Assembly (NCBI GenBank): GCA_963924565.1
Contig: OZ004611.1
Span: forward strand, 21,700,001 to 21,764,000
Direction: 5' to 3'
From: Ascidiella aspersa
Lineage: Eukaryota
Length of the DNA: 64,000 bases
In this document: positions 13,844-26,655 of the stretch, one piece after another
Position numbering within the stretch: position 1 is the first letter of the stretch
Layout of the letters: the number at the start of each line of letters is the position of its first letter
Translations under genes and position numbers: made by a program
The notes under the pieces: generated by a model
Told to the model about the DNA's origin: nothing
The model's database searches: none
What the model saw: the letters and a program-made list of their open reading frames with translations, nothing else

Positions 13844-15409
13844 GGTTAGGACATTGCCTTCACAACAAAAACGTCACGTTAAGGACGCCACGTAAGCTAT
13901 CAATTAATTATTTAACGCATGTCTCCACCCAATATGCTGTCTCGACAATAGAGGTATTAAGGCCTATTTCACTCCGGGTGAATACTTTATAAACATAGCA
14001 TTGTGCAAGTCTCTAGTCTTCTGGCGTAGCAAGGCGGAAAATTATACCCTTTTCATCTTTTGAACATTTATTGAGTACGTCTAACACACCTGGATCGTCA
14101 AAATATTTTGAATTTTGTAAGCAAGTGGTTCTTAACCTTTGCTAACTTTTCGTACTCCTGTGTTACGTCAACTATGACGTCATAAAACAATTAATCTTGA
14201 AAACACCTGTTGTTCACTGGCGAACTCGTGCGTAAATAATTGATATTATAGATATATAGATTTGTGTTAAGTTGTCAGGACTGTTAAATTAAAAGAAACG
14301 TGACGCCTTACCCACATAAAATATATTTTAATTTAGGTTCACTTAAATGCATTTTGTTATTGGTTAAGTTAAACAAAAAATGCACTTAGTAATGTTTATA
14401 AGTCACACGGCACAACAGGCTACAATATGCATAGCGCTTATGGGCTGAATATAGATCTCCTTAAACAGTCAAAAACGTAGCAAAAAATGGAAATATCGCG
14501 CGGGGCTCGATATAAAAATAATGTATTTAGTTTAGTAGTGAACATAGTCTATTAACAAACAAGTTTCAGAGGACATTCTTGCCTCTGAAGTAGGGGGCCT
14601 GTAGCAGCTTTGTCTAACCCTAGCTAAGTACCTGTACTACCACTAATCCAAGCTAAGGCAGGGGATCATGAATTGAGGTCCGTGGACTACCTTTAGGGGG
14701 TCTATGAAGGCCTAGTTAAAAGCTTAGTGTACATTTAAAAAAAATGGAATAAATTTGTCAAATGAATAGAGTTTTTATAGAAAAACATTTTTTTAGAATC
14801 TGGGGTAAGGAGCTTTCGGAGACAAAGCTAAATAAACAAAATAGGTAACAGGCTGTTTAAAGGAGTAAACTATACCGGCATATATTATTTGAATATTATA
14901 ACTCCGAAACATACATCTTCAATTTTTTAACACAATTAAAGTGTTTCACATGGAAACATCAAGAAATGACGTCAATTTAAATCGCATATCTTGCCTAAGA
15001 AATCGCACTTAGTTAGGTAGCAAAAGACACGCCCTAAACAAAGTATTTCATAATTGGCCGAGTACAATTAATCTAATACCTGATATTCACTGCTTTACCG
15101 CCATTAGGATAGCGAAAACGTGGGCTCTAATTTTACTGAAATCCAGACGTTGCTTTTAAAGATTGCACAAAAGACTAGTAAAAAGAAAGATTTGCAAATA
15201 AAATAAAATCTTGATAAATTATATTAAGATCGGAAAAAATTCTTATTTTTGCCTTGAAAAAATTGTATATTTTTCGCACAATAGGGAATCATTACAAAAA
15301 ATAAGAATTATCAGGAGTTGAGGCCATCATTTATAAGCAAAACTCAGGGTGATGGTAATTATCAAACGTTCAGCAAGTCGACCACGTCTTTAGGTCATTC
15401 TTTGCCGAA

Positions 15410-18400
15410 TCACAATTTTCCGAGATCGTTTGGCCGCGAGTAGCCGAACAGTAAAAAGTCGCCTGCGAACATCCGGTAGAGGGCGCCAAAGTTGTGGCGG
15501 GAAACCGTCGAATAGACGTCACTCAGTTGCGAGCGTTGCGTGGCCGGTTTGCCGTGCTTACCATAGGCTGATGGGAATGTGACGTTTTTCGGCGCGCCGA
15601 TCAGATTGAGCAGATACCTAAACAACAAAGCTATTGCACATTGTAGAGTAGATCGTTAACGAATAGTCCCTTGTCTGTTCTTATTACACGACGTTATCTA
15701 GAGTTGTAATGACATAAGTGCACTTAAGTCACTGTTTTCAATTGACTTGACTTAAGTTTTTAGACAAATAACTTGAGTTGACTTTAATTTTTGGACAAAT
15801 GGCTTTGGTTGAAATGAAATTATTTCATTAGGCTTGTTTTTTATAAAATTGGGTTATTTCTCTTTTTTTGCACACTAAACAATTTGTTGCTATAGTTGTG
15901 TATGTTGTGTTTTTGTTATTTTTAGTGTAGTTGTTGCTCAAAATCGGACAAGTTTGCCAATTAGCGTTTACTTTTTTCATGATAAGGACTTGACTTGCAA
16001 TTGACTTGCACTAAGATTTGACTTGGACTTAAGTTATTTTACAAATGACCCGACTTGAACTTAAATTGTTTCAAAATAATTGTTTACAACAGTGACGTTA
16101 TTCCTCAACGACTAGCCGACCCTTTTCTATGTTGGTTAATAAATAGCAAAGGAATTGGGAGGAATAACGGCATGTAACTACATATGAAGAGGCAATCAAT
16201 ACTAAAACGAGATTCGATAGACGATTAATTCGAAATCTTGCCGGCAAGAACAAATATTAGGATCTTTTTTGTTTTTCGCGAGTTTGCTTAATAGCTTTGG
16301 ATTAGCAGAAAACATGTGAAAAAAATATATAGGCCTACTTATTGTTTTTATAAAACAAACCAGCGGGCAATGTTTATTTCGAGTGCCTATACGCTTGAAT
16401 TTTAGTCAATATAGCATACGAACATTTTTACCATATTAGAACATAAAGCTTGTGAAAGAAATTGTGTTCCAATCGCATACAAGAATAAGAAGACAAGAGA
16501 TTGATCTTAAAGAAAAAGCCAATAGGCTTTAAGACGCTTTATTTTTGTTATGTTAACCTTTGTTTCCATTTTACTTGGTAAGCACAAAATATTTAGAATT
16601 TTCAATCTAAGCATTTAAAATACGTGCGAAAAATCTAAAAAAAAATCTCGAGGACGTTAATTGAAGTCTCCGTAAATCGTACGTTTGTCCGGCTACCAAA
16701 CTTTTTATGACATGACATTTTCAAAGGCGGTTCCGCGTAATCGCAAAAAGCTTTACCTCGAGTCCTCCGCGATGGTTTCCAAGTGGGCGATGACGTCATA
16801 AGTGACGTGGCAGGGCTGGCAGAGGAACTGGAAGGTGGCCCAGTGACGCTCGAAGGTGCTCTGTACCCGACCGGGAAAGGTCACGTGCGAAATGAACTGG
16901 TCAAAGGTGACGTTGGGCGGGACACGAGCATGATTGAGCCAATGGTCCTTGATCAAACCAGTGGCGTCTGTATATAAGTTAACAGGATATTGTATCGAGA
17001 CATTTGGAAGAATAGCGTTTTAAAAGAGTTAAGATGTTTGCGTGTCCTAACAGGTAATATTAGTTGGTATAATCAAAGTAGCTGACACTATAGGAATGAT
17101 TTTACGGCTATGCCAAGAGACTTTACTGACACTATAGGAATGTTTTACGCCAAAGGGCCTGAGCCTATACATACAGTAGTCTACCTTAGCCAAGGGTCGA
17201 TCTCGAAAGCATAACCTTGATGCCGAATGGTGATCAAAAATAAACACCCGTTCTACCCTTAAAGAAATACACCAAAACCACGACCCTTTTTTTACAGTTC
17301 TCAAGTGATTAGTTAGCCGATCATTTATGAAGGCCCTGGTGGTCATTGGCCAACCACCGAAGTGCAACCTTTGGTAAAGTGGAGAACTAGAGAACTACAA
17401 ATTACACAAAGCAAATCACAGATTAGATTAGAATTAGAATTAGCAGCAAATCGCTCTAATCGTTCTAATTCGTCAAATTGTGTATTTAGAATTATCTTGT
17501 TGACGAAGTCCATATACTACTTTATACACTTACTCGTTCCGTGGATTTTTTTCTTAAAGGCGGAAACCAGTCGTTCGTAAGGATCACGGACAAGAATGGA
17601 CTTGATGAATCCGTCTGTGTCCCTGACTTTCGCAAAGTACCGCTCGGTAATCTGCTCTATCTCGTGCGGGTTTCGACTAGACGCCTATCACAAATAGAAA
17701 ACACGGTATACAGTTTTTTAGCTTGGTTGACAAGGCGTATTTGTCTAATTATAAATATGAAAATCAGATGACACCGTTTTACGACAAATTGTACTGAATT
17801 CTGACAAGCTTTTTCTGTTTTTTAGTTCTTAAGTTGAAATTGTACATTCTTGTTAATCTTTCTCGTTGCCAACTAGGTTAAATATCCATTTTGAATTATA
17901 TGGGTTTACAACAAGTGTTAACTTGAGCCGAAGACAAATTTCCACGTTTACAGCTTTCGTTTTCCGTAAGTTAATAACTTTTTTTATCTGTTTTTTTCAT
18001 CGCCACAGTATAGTGTCTTGTCTTCATTATAAAATGCATTTGCCATTGGCATAAGTCATTAAGGGCACGAGGCTACATGACACAGACTAGACCAGGGGTT
18101 CTTAAACTTTTTTTACCGCGGACACATAACATTTTTTTTTGCTTTGCATGGACCCCGGTAGACAAGAAATGCTCCAAAATGACGTCACAAAACAAATAGA
18201 CTTCATGACTCTGTTATTTCGGTCCGAAAAATGTGAAAGTTAAATGAAGTCTAACTATACATTCAGTCCAAAACCGTTCAATTTTTAATTAAAGTGTTTT
18301 CTTTAAAAAAATAATTACTTTAAGTATACACGAGTTTTTTAACTAGGCCTTCATGGACCCCCTAATACTAGTTCACGGACCCCCAGGGGGTCCATGGACC

Positions 18401-21400
18401 CCAGTTTAAGAACCCCTGGACTAGACCGAAATAAAACATGATAAAATAAAACAAAAATTAGTCAAATATTGTATACTCTCGCAAATACTTTAACGCGGAT
18501 CACATTAAATATTCTAGCGAGCCTTCAGGTTCGCCAACCCCAGCTCTTTCAAAGGATTGCGTATTTATTGTTAGGGTTAATTTTTGACTATCTAGTAAAA
18601 ATAAACTAATGACCGTTGCCCTTTTGTTAACAAAAACTCAGCCCTACAGAGCGCTCTATTCTTAAACTTGAAACACATGTGTACACTGTAGGTCATTTAT
18701 GTTTTGTTGGATTGTTATGTTGAATTACCAAGTGCTTTGAGAGTTTTTTATGACAATGGTAATTGTTCTCTAATTGTCAAAAATTTCGTGGCGGCAAACT
18801 GCGCAGACTCGCCTGATAATTGCGTTCCTCCTGCCAGCAATTATTAGATTGTCGAGTTGCATACGCCACGGTTTTCTATAAATTGCTGCAAGTCGTAAGG
18901 ACCTAAAGCTATGAAGCGACTGACAGGAATACCACATTACTAAACTGCCAGTGTTTGTTACCGAAGAGTAGACCTGTCCTAGGTGGTTTAGCTAGTGGTA
19001 TATTTTAAGTATATTTACAAAGCGTGAAAATCGACAAATCGCAAATGCAGTTCAACCAGGCTATCAACTTCCAGCTCGTAAGTATTGATGTTCAATTTTT
19101 ATTACTTTGTACAAATATACTAATATAGGAACTGCTGAGAACAACTGAAACTACTGAGAACATTTCATTGTTTAACCCAGTTGTTTTCAGGGGAGGGGGA
19201 CTCCATACCCCCCTAAACTGTATTTATTGCCTAGCCCTATTATAACTACGAAAATGCCAAATAAACGGTTTTAGATTACGTTTTAGGTATGTCTTAGAGT
19301 TAGACTAGTGGTAGGTAAACTTTTTGTCGCGGCCCAAAATAGGCATGTCAAGAACTATTCAAGGCCCCCTGGGTTTAGGCCATGAAATTTTGAAATGACG
19401 TCACGAAGTTACGTCTTAAAACAATTAACTTTAAGAACACCTGTTGTTCTCATGTGAATTCGTGCGCAAACAAAACATGCGGCTAAAATCCAGCCGAATC
19501 GCGCGTAACGCGAAAATATTTCTGTTTATTTGTGATCACCTTTGGCTTATCACCTTTGAGTCTAAATAGATTTAAGTACACGGTATATAGTTAGATTTTT
19601 TAGCTTGGCTAAAGTTTAGTTTTGGGAGGCCATGGCCGAGTGACCCCTCGGTGCAACCATGAGCCAAGGTCCTAGTCACATCAACGTAATAAATACAGGC
19701 TATGACACGGCCCACAACTAAATGATAAGCTTAAAATATTAAAAATACCTCGCAGCCAACATTTGGGCCGCGTCCCATAGTTTGCCGACACTGTCTTAAA
19801 CCGTTTTGTTAACTTTATTTTAGCCCAAAGTCGTCATCTCTAATAAAATTTTATTCCTCCTTAAAAAACATTTTTGATTCGCACCACCCTTTTAAGTTAC
19901 GAATCCTTGACAAATATAGTGTTTACGGACCTATATTTAAATAGCCCAACAAATAATTTTGCGGAAGCCGATACAGGCTTATATAACAATTATAGTAAAC
20001 TTAAAAGGAGTAGTGTAGTCATATAAAACGCTTAAACAACAAAGTGACATTAAAAAACGGTTGTCATTTAAAAATATTTTATTAAAAAGCGTTATTTAAA
20101 AAAAATATGTTAATTTCCAACATACTTGACAACCTCTCCACATACCCCTGGTTGGGATTCACTAATTAAGCCCTAATGGTGCATACTTACGAAAGGGAAA
20201 TCCCCGTAGTCTGAAAGGTTGGTAAGTTGCCAGAAAACGCGGTCCAGGTTTGTCGAACCAGCTTTTGGAATGCGACAGTGAACCAGGTTGTAACGCTTCA
20301 GTACCATGAGTTTTTGCTTGGCGAACCGATTTCGTCCCAATTCTGAAACGAACCGAACTGGTGAATTTTGCAGGCCATGCAGGTCATGTAAGCTTGCTAA
20401 TAAGCTAATAAAACTTCACTGAGTTTGGCGTGAAGGGTAATTCAAACATAATTTAAGCGCTATTAATTCACGTCAAATGTCTAATCGTGATAACTCTGCT
20501 GTGTAGTCAGCTTATGGCTTATCAAGATATTGCGAACTTATTGCTTGCTTTATTTTACATGCAGTACAGAAGGGCTTTGTATGCTAAAAAGTACTGGGTT
20601 AAGTTTTTAGTATGTTTAGTAGAGTTACGACATCTACAGAGCCTATGATAGCGTTCAAGCAAAAAGTTTATTCGAATATAAATTTGCCTAAGCTTTTAAA
20701 AAAATCCTGGTATTGTCTTCGAAATTTCTACAAAATTAGGTCCTTAGATACCAACCCAGCTGTTTGCATACAGTTTGGAGGAGATGTCGCCTCTCTTTCA
20801 TCCGTTGTCCAATCCTTGCCATAAATTGGTCTTCAGATTCGTGTGGCTGTGCACTCTGTACGTGTAGCTGCGTGTTCAAACAACTTTATGAATGCCTCTC
20901 ATTTTTGCCCAAGATGTAGGTTTGAATTTGGAACATTTCGTGTTTTAGCAAATAGCAAACCTTTAGTGGTCTGAGAATTTAAAACACTTATAGTAGGCTA
21001 AGACATAAGCCATTCACACGCTTGTCTTGCTGTAATATGGCTACTGAATCCTGTTTTAGGGGATTTGTCTTCTTTTTCAGCAAAATAAATGATCTTCTGA
21101 TGCCACTGAAAAATATTCATATGTCCCCCCCCCCGGTTTCATTTTGGCTTTTGTTTATCGTTTTAACCTAGTAATATTTTATTTGTCTTTTTTAAATGAC
21201 GTAAGTTAAGTACAATTAATTTACTTATTCACGTTTCCCGTTGTAAAACAAATTAACTATTCACAGTCTTAATTGTCCATTTATTTAAAAATTATAAAAA
21301 ATCAGTGGAACATTAGCGAACACAGATTTTAACAGAAAATCACTGGAAATTAAATATGTTGGCTATATGCTGTACGTTCCAGTCATGATTCCAAGAATAT

Positions 21401-22200
21401 ATTACCGAAATTGGAATAACATCAAGGTCAGAATAAAACACAGTTCCGAAAAGACTATAAAAAAGACTGACGAATACCGCATAAAGAAAGAAAGATGTAA
21501 ACCCGTCGAAATAAGACCAAAACGGCCACAATAGGCCTGAAGAGCCTTTTACTTTACCCCAAACGCTACTTATTACTTTATCACTAATTTTCCAAATAAT
21601 GTTAGCCCTAATTTACCCCTCCCCCAAACCGTCAATCATCGATACCTAAATGTCCCGATAACGGACCGGTGGCGCCTAATTGGCCTATATATTTACCTAC
21701 AGGTTCGGGTGGTAATTGGTACTTACTTATAGGTGTTTTTCCGAAGAGTGTATATGACTTATTATGACAAGTTTGATTCTTGTTGCGTTTAGTAGATATT
21801 ACTGCGTATTTGCCTTAATGTTATTACTATTTTATTATAAAAAATCTATTTAGGCGTTATTTTCTGTATCCTTAGGCCACAATAAAAGCACATTATAACG
21901 GTACATTTTATTCAAAACCTACTTATTGAAATCAAATATGTCAAGATATGTGAGTTTGGAAATTTGTTGGTTTAGATTTCAAACTCACCAGCTTTTACAT
22001 TAGAATCGTTTCACATACATACTTACAGTCTTATATTGTTTTTCCTGATTGGTATTTGATGAACTACCAATGTCCCGTACATTTTCTAAATGCTGATAAT
22101 AATTCCCTGTAGCCATTGACAACATGTGCTCTCGAGTGTCTTTGTGAAATAGAAGCAGTAAAATCAAAATAAGGCAAGTGGCTAACGCATTTCGTTTCAT
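15410..22200 (-). CDS. Golgi carbohydrate sulfotransferase, Sulfotransfer_2 / HNK-1ST-CHST8-14 family; 6 exons, about 335 aa
   Basis: Exons 22200-22027, 20867-20756, 20342-20191, 17684-17534, 16967-16757, 15617-15410 (1008 nt, phases consistent). N-terminal signal anchor MKRNALATCLILILLLLF; 5'-PSB motif HCRIPKAGSTN; 3'-PB motif VRDPYERLVSAF; family motifs TFDQFI, HW...LCQPC..YD.I..LET..ED and C-terminal DFLLFGY. The exact CHST orthologue cannot be assigned by eye. Confidence 0.9.
15699..16094. mobile_element. MITE with subterminal GACTT repeats
   Basis: Ends TAGAGTTGTAA...TTACAACAGTG; TSD ACGTTATC/ACGTTATT; many GACTTGACTT motifs. Relatives at 26942-27379 and, inverted, about 24050-24440. 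Confidence 0.65.
18093..18418. mobile_element. hAT (Buster/Charlie-like) MITE in sulfotransferase intron
   Basis: Perfect TIR CAGGGGTTCTTAAACT; perfect TSD GACTAGAC (18085-18092, 18419-18426). Confidence 0.9.
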
Positions 22201-22292
22201 ATTACGAGTCTACTTTAAGAACTTCTTCAAAGGTAAATTGTAAAAAGTTTACTAGATTAGTTTAAGTCATTTGTGAAACGTTAGGTATAGAT

Positions 22293-22809
22293 TAGGGGTG
22301 GCCAAGCGGTCAGACGTCAAGAGTCGCTTTTTTTACTTGGTTAACCGCAAAGAGCCACGCCTTACACACATGGAAAGAAAAGAATAGCCGATCATTCCAT
22401 TACTTGATCACAGCCACAAAGCGATCGCACGAAGCGCGAAAAAAATGTGCCTGTACTTGGCTAAATAGACAAAATTTTAATTTATAAGGAGAGGCAACCT
22501 ATTAAGTGAAAAAATGCACATTTTCGGTATAATTATTTGGGCAAATAACTTCTGGTGGTCATGGACCCACATCTTTTCTGCACAGAAACCCTATAAATGT
22601 TTTTCGCAAAAAGAATAATTTTTGCGTTTATCTTGTTCAAAAAGTGTTAGGCCTACTAACAACACAATGGCCTTAAGGCAAACAGTCCGGTAGTAATCGA
22701 TAACTTAGTCTTGACCAAACGAAACCGACATATTTAAAAAATCGTAGGTGCAACATGAATTTAAGAGCGGCATAAAACTAGGCGAAGAGTCGCATGTTGG
22801 CCATCCCTG
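22293..22809. mobile_element. hAT MITE just upstream of the sulfotransferase start codon
   Basis: TAGGGGTGGCCAA...TTGGCCATCCCTG; TSD GTATAGAT/GTATAGGT (7/8). Confidence 0.75.
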
Positions 22810-25800
22810 GTATAGGTATGTACAACTGTCAACACCGGTTAACTAATTTCGACTAAAAAATGACCTTTTTATGTCTACAAAATTTCTGCTTGAAACCCTG
22901 TTTTCCAAAGCACAATAAAAAAACTAACCCTATCAAATTATGATAGTCAAGTTAGACTGTTCGAAAACGATTGGATTTATACAGTTGCGATGTTGCGATA
23001 TTATAATTTATTACCTATACCCAATGGCCCTTGAAACTCAAATCTGAAAGTCGAATGACCCTATAGGCTCCAATAGTGACTACAACCCTTCGCTACAATT
23101 AAACCTAAATTGCATTAACAGTTTAAACTTTTGTGTTAAGAAGACTGGGCTTGTCCCACCTTTTTTATATTTAATTCACGAAAGTGCTGCAGTTTTACAA
23201 CATTTTCCTTTGCAGCTCAATAATTTTGCAAGAAGCATCGTTTTTATTTCCTAGTGCTTCTTCGGTCGTTTCAAGAATATCGAGCTAGCTTCTAGTAAAT
23301 CAGTCGGTTCTTGTACAATGCTATCTCATCTACTTTAACATTCGTGCAAGCTACCGCAGCTATTTCCCCATTAAGATTTTTTGTATCGTGTAAACCTCTG
23401 CACTAATTTGTAATCCCACTACAATCTCTGTCGCCAACCCAGAAACAAGGAACACAATATGGATAATGCTCGTATAATTACCGGTTGATCCAAAAGTTGC
23501 GTGAAAGCTCTTTGGTGTTGTTCTTTGGCGGTTATTATGTATAAAGTAGTTAATCCGAATTATGTAGCATAGACAGTTGTTTTTTAACTGCATGCCTCAA
23601 GCGAATTGTGTAAACTGTAAACCATAGGTAATACGTAGTCCCTGATTTTGTTTAAATATTAACTATGTTATATTATCTTAAACGTAGGCCTACGCGCCAA
23701 TCACCATGGTGCACAACTCATGTCGTCTTTGATTTAACTTTATTTGATACTTCCGAGTTTTGGCAAAATATTTTTGCAATATAATGTTAATGGAGTAGAG
23801 TACACAAAACGGGTAACAAAACAGGTTCAAAACATTGCACAAAGATTTTTACTCAATATACAACAAGCGTTTTTAAGTATATGTTCTATCTTTGGGGAAC
23901 ATATATGTGACAGAAAATGTATATACAACATGTTTACAGGCCTGGATACACTCGTGCCTTAAAACCGGGACTTAGCCCCCAGGCAGTCAAAATTTCCAAA
24001 CGCCTTTGGCACTAATACTTGTAAATACAATTGTTTCATATTTGGCAACAGCAGCGTTTAAATTTAAAACAACTCATTCTGAAATAACCCAATTCCTAGT
24101 CAAGCCATTTGTAAAGTTCAAGTCAAGCTATTTTCAACAAAATTAAGTCCAATTCTAACACCACAGGCATAAAAAATTAAGACTAAACTTTTTAAAAAGG
24201 TAATCCTGTTCCATTGTAGCCAATGTTGTGCAAAGCAAAATTCAAAAACAAATAGCATGTTAACATCTATTAGATTTCATAAATGGCTTAAATAACCCAA
24301 TATTACTAAAAAGTATTCAATTAAAGCACCTTAACATATACGTCAAGTCATTCGTGTAAATGATATAAGTCTAAGTCAAGTCATTTGAAAGCATGTGACT
24401 TGAGTGCACTTAAATCAAGTCATTGACATAAGTCACTAAAACACATGACAAAAGCTTTTGTGTTATTGTTAAATTAAGATAATTTTCCGCAATTCAACTA
24501 ATTTAACAGTGTGTTTCCTTGGAAAGCAGTCTCTTTCTGTTTTGCAAGTAAAACATGCCTAAAAAACACGATAAGACACGCTAATAATAGAGAAAATGTG
24601 TTTAAAGTGCAACAAAAAGTGAACTTATTGTTTAAAACGCCATCCAAAGCACACAACAGGAAAATAATTTTGTTTCAATTGTGTCGTCTGTAAACGAAAA
24701 AATACGTTGTTAGTCGATATAAGCACAAAAAAACTTGAGCAAAAACGAAAGTAGGGAAAGGCAAGAATATTTGTCATATTTGACTGGACGGAAAATTTTT
24801 CTGACAAAAATACGTTGAAGAAATGTAGTTCTGTAGAGTAGACGTTGTAACGGTTGATACAGTGCAGTGCTGCAACAATGTTTTAGGTAAAACAGTAGTA
24901 TATAGAGAGGTGCATATTTTCAAAATATATAGACAAATGTGCAAAATCCCAAAGCATAAGGGTTATTAACAGCACAATTCTTTACCCAGTCATGTTTTTA
25001 GTGAGCTAGCACCACGTGCAAATTGTTATCAGGAACTTGAGGAACAGAGGGAAACATCGGTCTGGAGACGGGTTAATGTAAAACAAGAATTGTGCTGTTT
25101 ATAACCACTATTCTTTGACGCCTGACCAACAAAGCATAAATATCTGGAAACGCAGTTTCCCCTTTGAAAAACCTCTGGGCATTGACCCCATGTTTTAGGT
25201 GGATGCGCGTTTTCAAGGCAACTTTGCGACAAGTTGGCAGAATCTTGCCAGCCTTCTGGTGACAAGCATTTTTGGCAAAAATTCTTCGGTTTTTGGTCGC
25301 GCCCCTAAATTTAAATGATGTGTTCGCCTGGGAATCTATGAACCTTACCATGTTTTGGCGATAAACAAGGTTATTAATAAGTAAATCAGACAACAAAACG
25401 TAGCGCCGAAGGCGCAAAAATTTTTGTGACATTAAGCCATTAACAAGTACATAAGGGACATGTAAAGGTACAACCTGGGGCCTGGGGATGTGCATACATC
25501 TCTGCTTTTCTTGCTTTAAAAGTGTTACATAGATAAGCTGTTTTCAGGCAAACCTGTGTGAAAACGTGCTGTTCAAAATCAGATTGAAAAGCACAAAAAA
25601 ATATTCTTTGGATAAATTTTCAATTTATATTGCTCGAAATAATGATATTTATAATAAAATTTAATTTCCGGTGTTCAAAAATAGAAGTGATTAAATATGG
25701 GTGGAACCAACCACAAGGTATTTTGTAAATTGGATGTTGAAAAAAAACTTTCAAAAATTTTTTTTCGAAAATACAAAAGAAAAAAAAAATTTTTTTCAAA

Positions 25801-26655
25801 TTTTTTTTCTGTATGGGCTGTATGGGGTTTGATAGTCGTATTACGTCTTACTACAATCCAAACCATTATGCTCCAAAAACGAAGTAGAAATGTACATTTT
25901 ACCTTTAGAAGGCCTAAAAAAACGAAAAGCAGCATTTTTGAAGGCAGCATGTTAGAGTGGTGATGCGTGAACGACCCGCGATTTCACCTTTTAAATAAGG
26001 ATTTCCGATATGTTCACATACTGCTGTCCGTGCTGGTCCGATACTAGGATCGGATCGGCACGGTATTCCAATCAAGTTGTGCGATTAAGCCATGATGTAC
26101 ATCCAGCGCAACATTTTCGACCTTGAACAGAAACTTCCCCAAACTATAACCTATTAAAAGTCGAGAGAAATTTTGCTTTTTAACGCAAAATTGTGGCGTA
26201 AGAACCTAACCAAAAATAAATAAAATATGCGCGTTACGATTTCATCAATTTGGTTGTTTTCATCACAGTACTAACGATATTTTGCATTGGATTGGACGGT
26301 TGTACATTTCACCTGAAATATCGGGTAGCGCTATCGGAATAAAATGCAAGGTATGAGCCACAAAAACTTCGAATACAAAGAAGAGCTAATAAAGAAGCCC
26401 TTTCGGTACTCATTCAATTCATCCGACGTCTTCTATCTTATCAAGAAATGCCTTCGCATTTTTATCGCATATTATCTCATTTTTAGCATGTCGTTTTAGT
26501 TTGCGTAGTGTTGTTGTGTTCACTGATGAAGGCATATTTATAGCTGGACGAAACGTCGGAAGAACTTCTTTATAGTGTACTATGTCTGGTAGCAACAGCG
26601 TATTATTGATTTATGCCTAAAATTTGATGACTTTGGCTCCTCAAATTCGCGCGGA

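Noticed and set aside
18729-18902. Possible extra sulfotransferase exon bounded by AG/GT on the minus strand
   Set aside because: Stops in all three frames; the flanking exons already join in phase with normal spacing between the PAPS-binding motifs.
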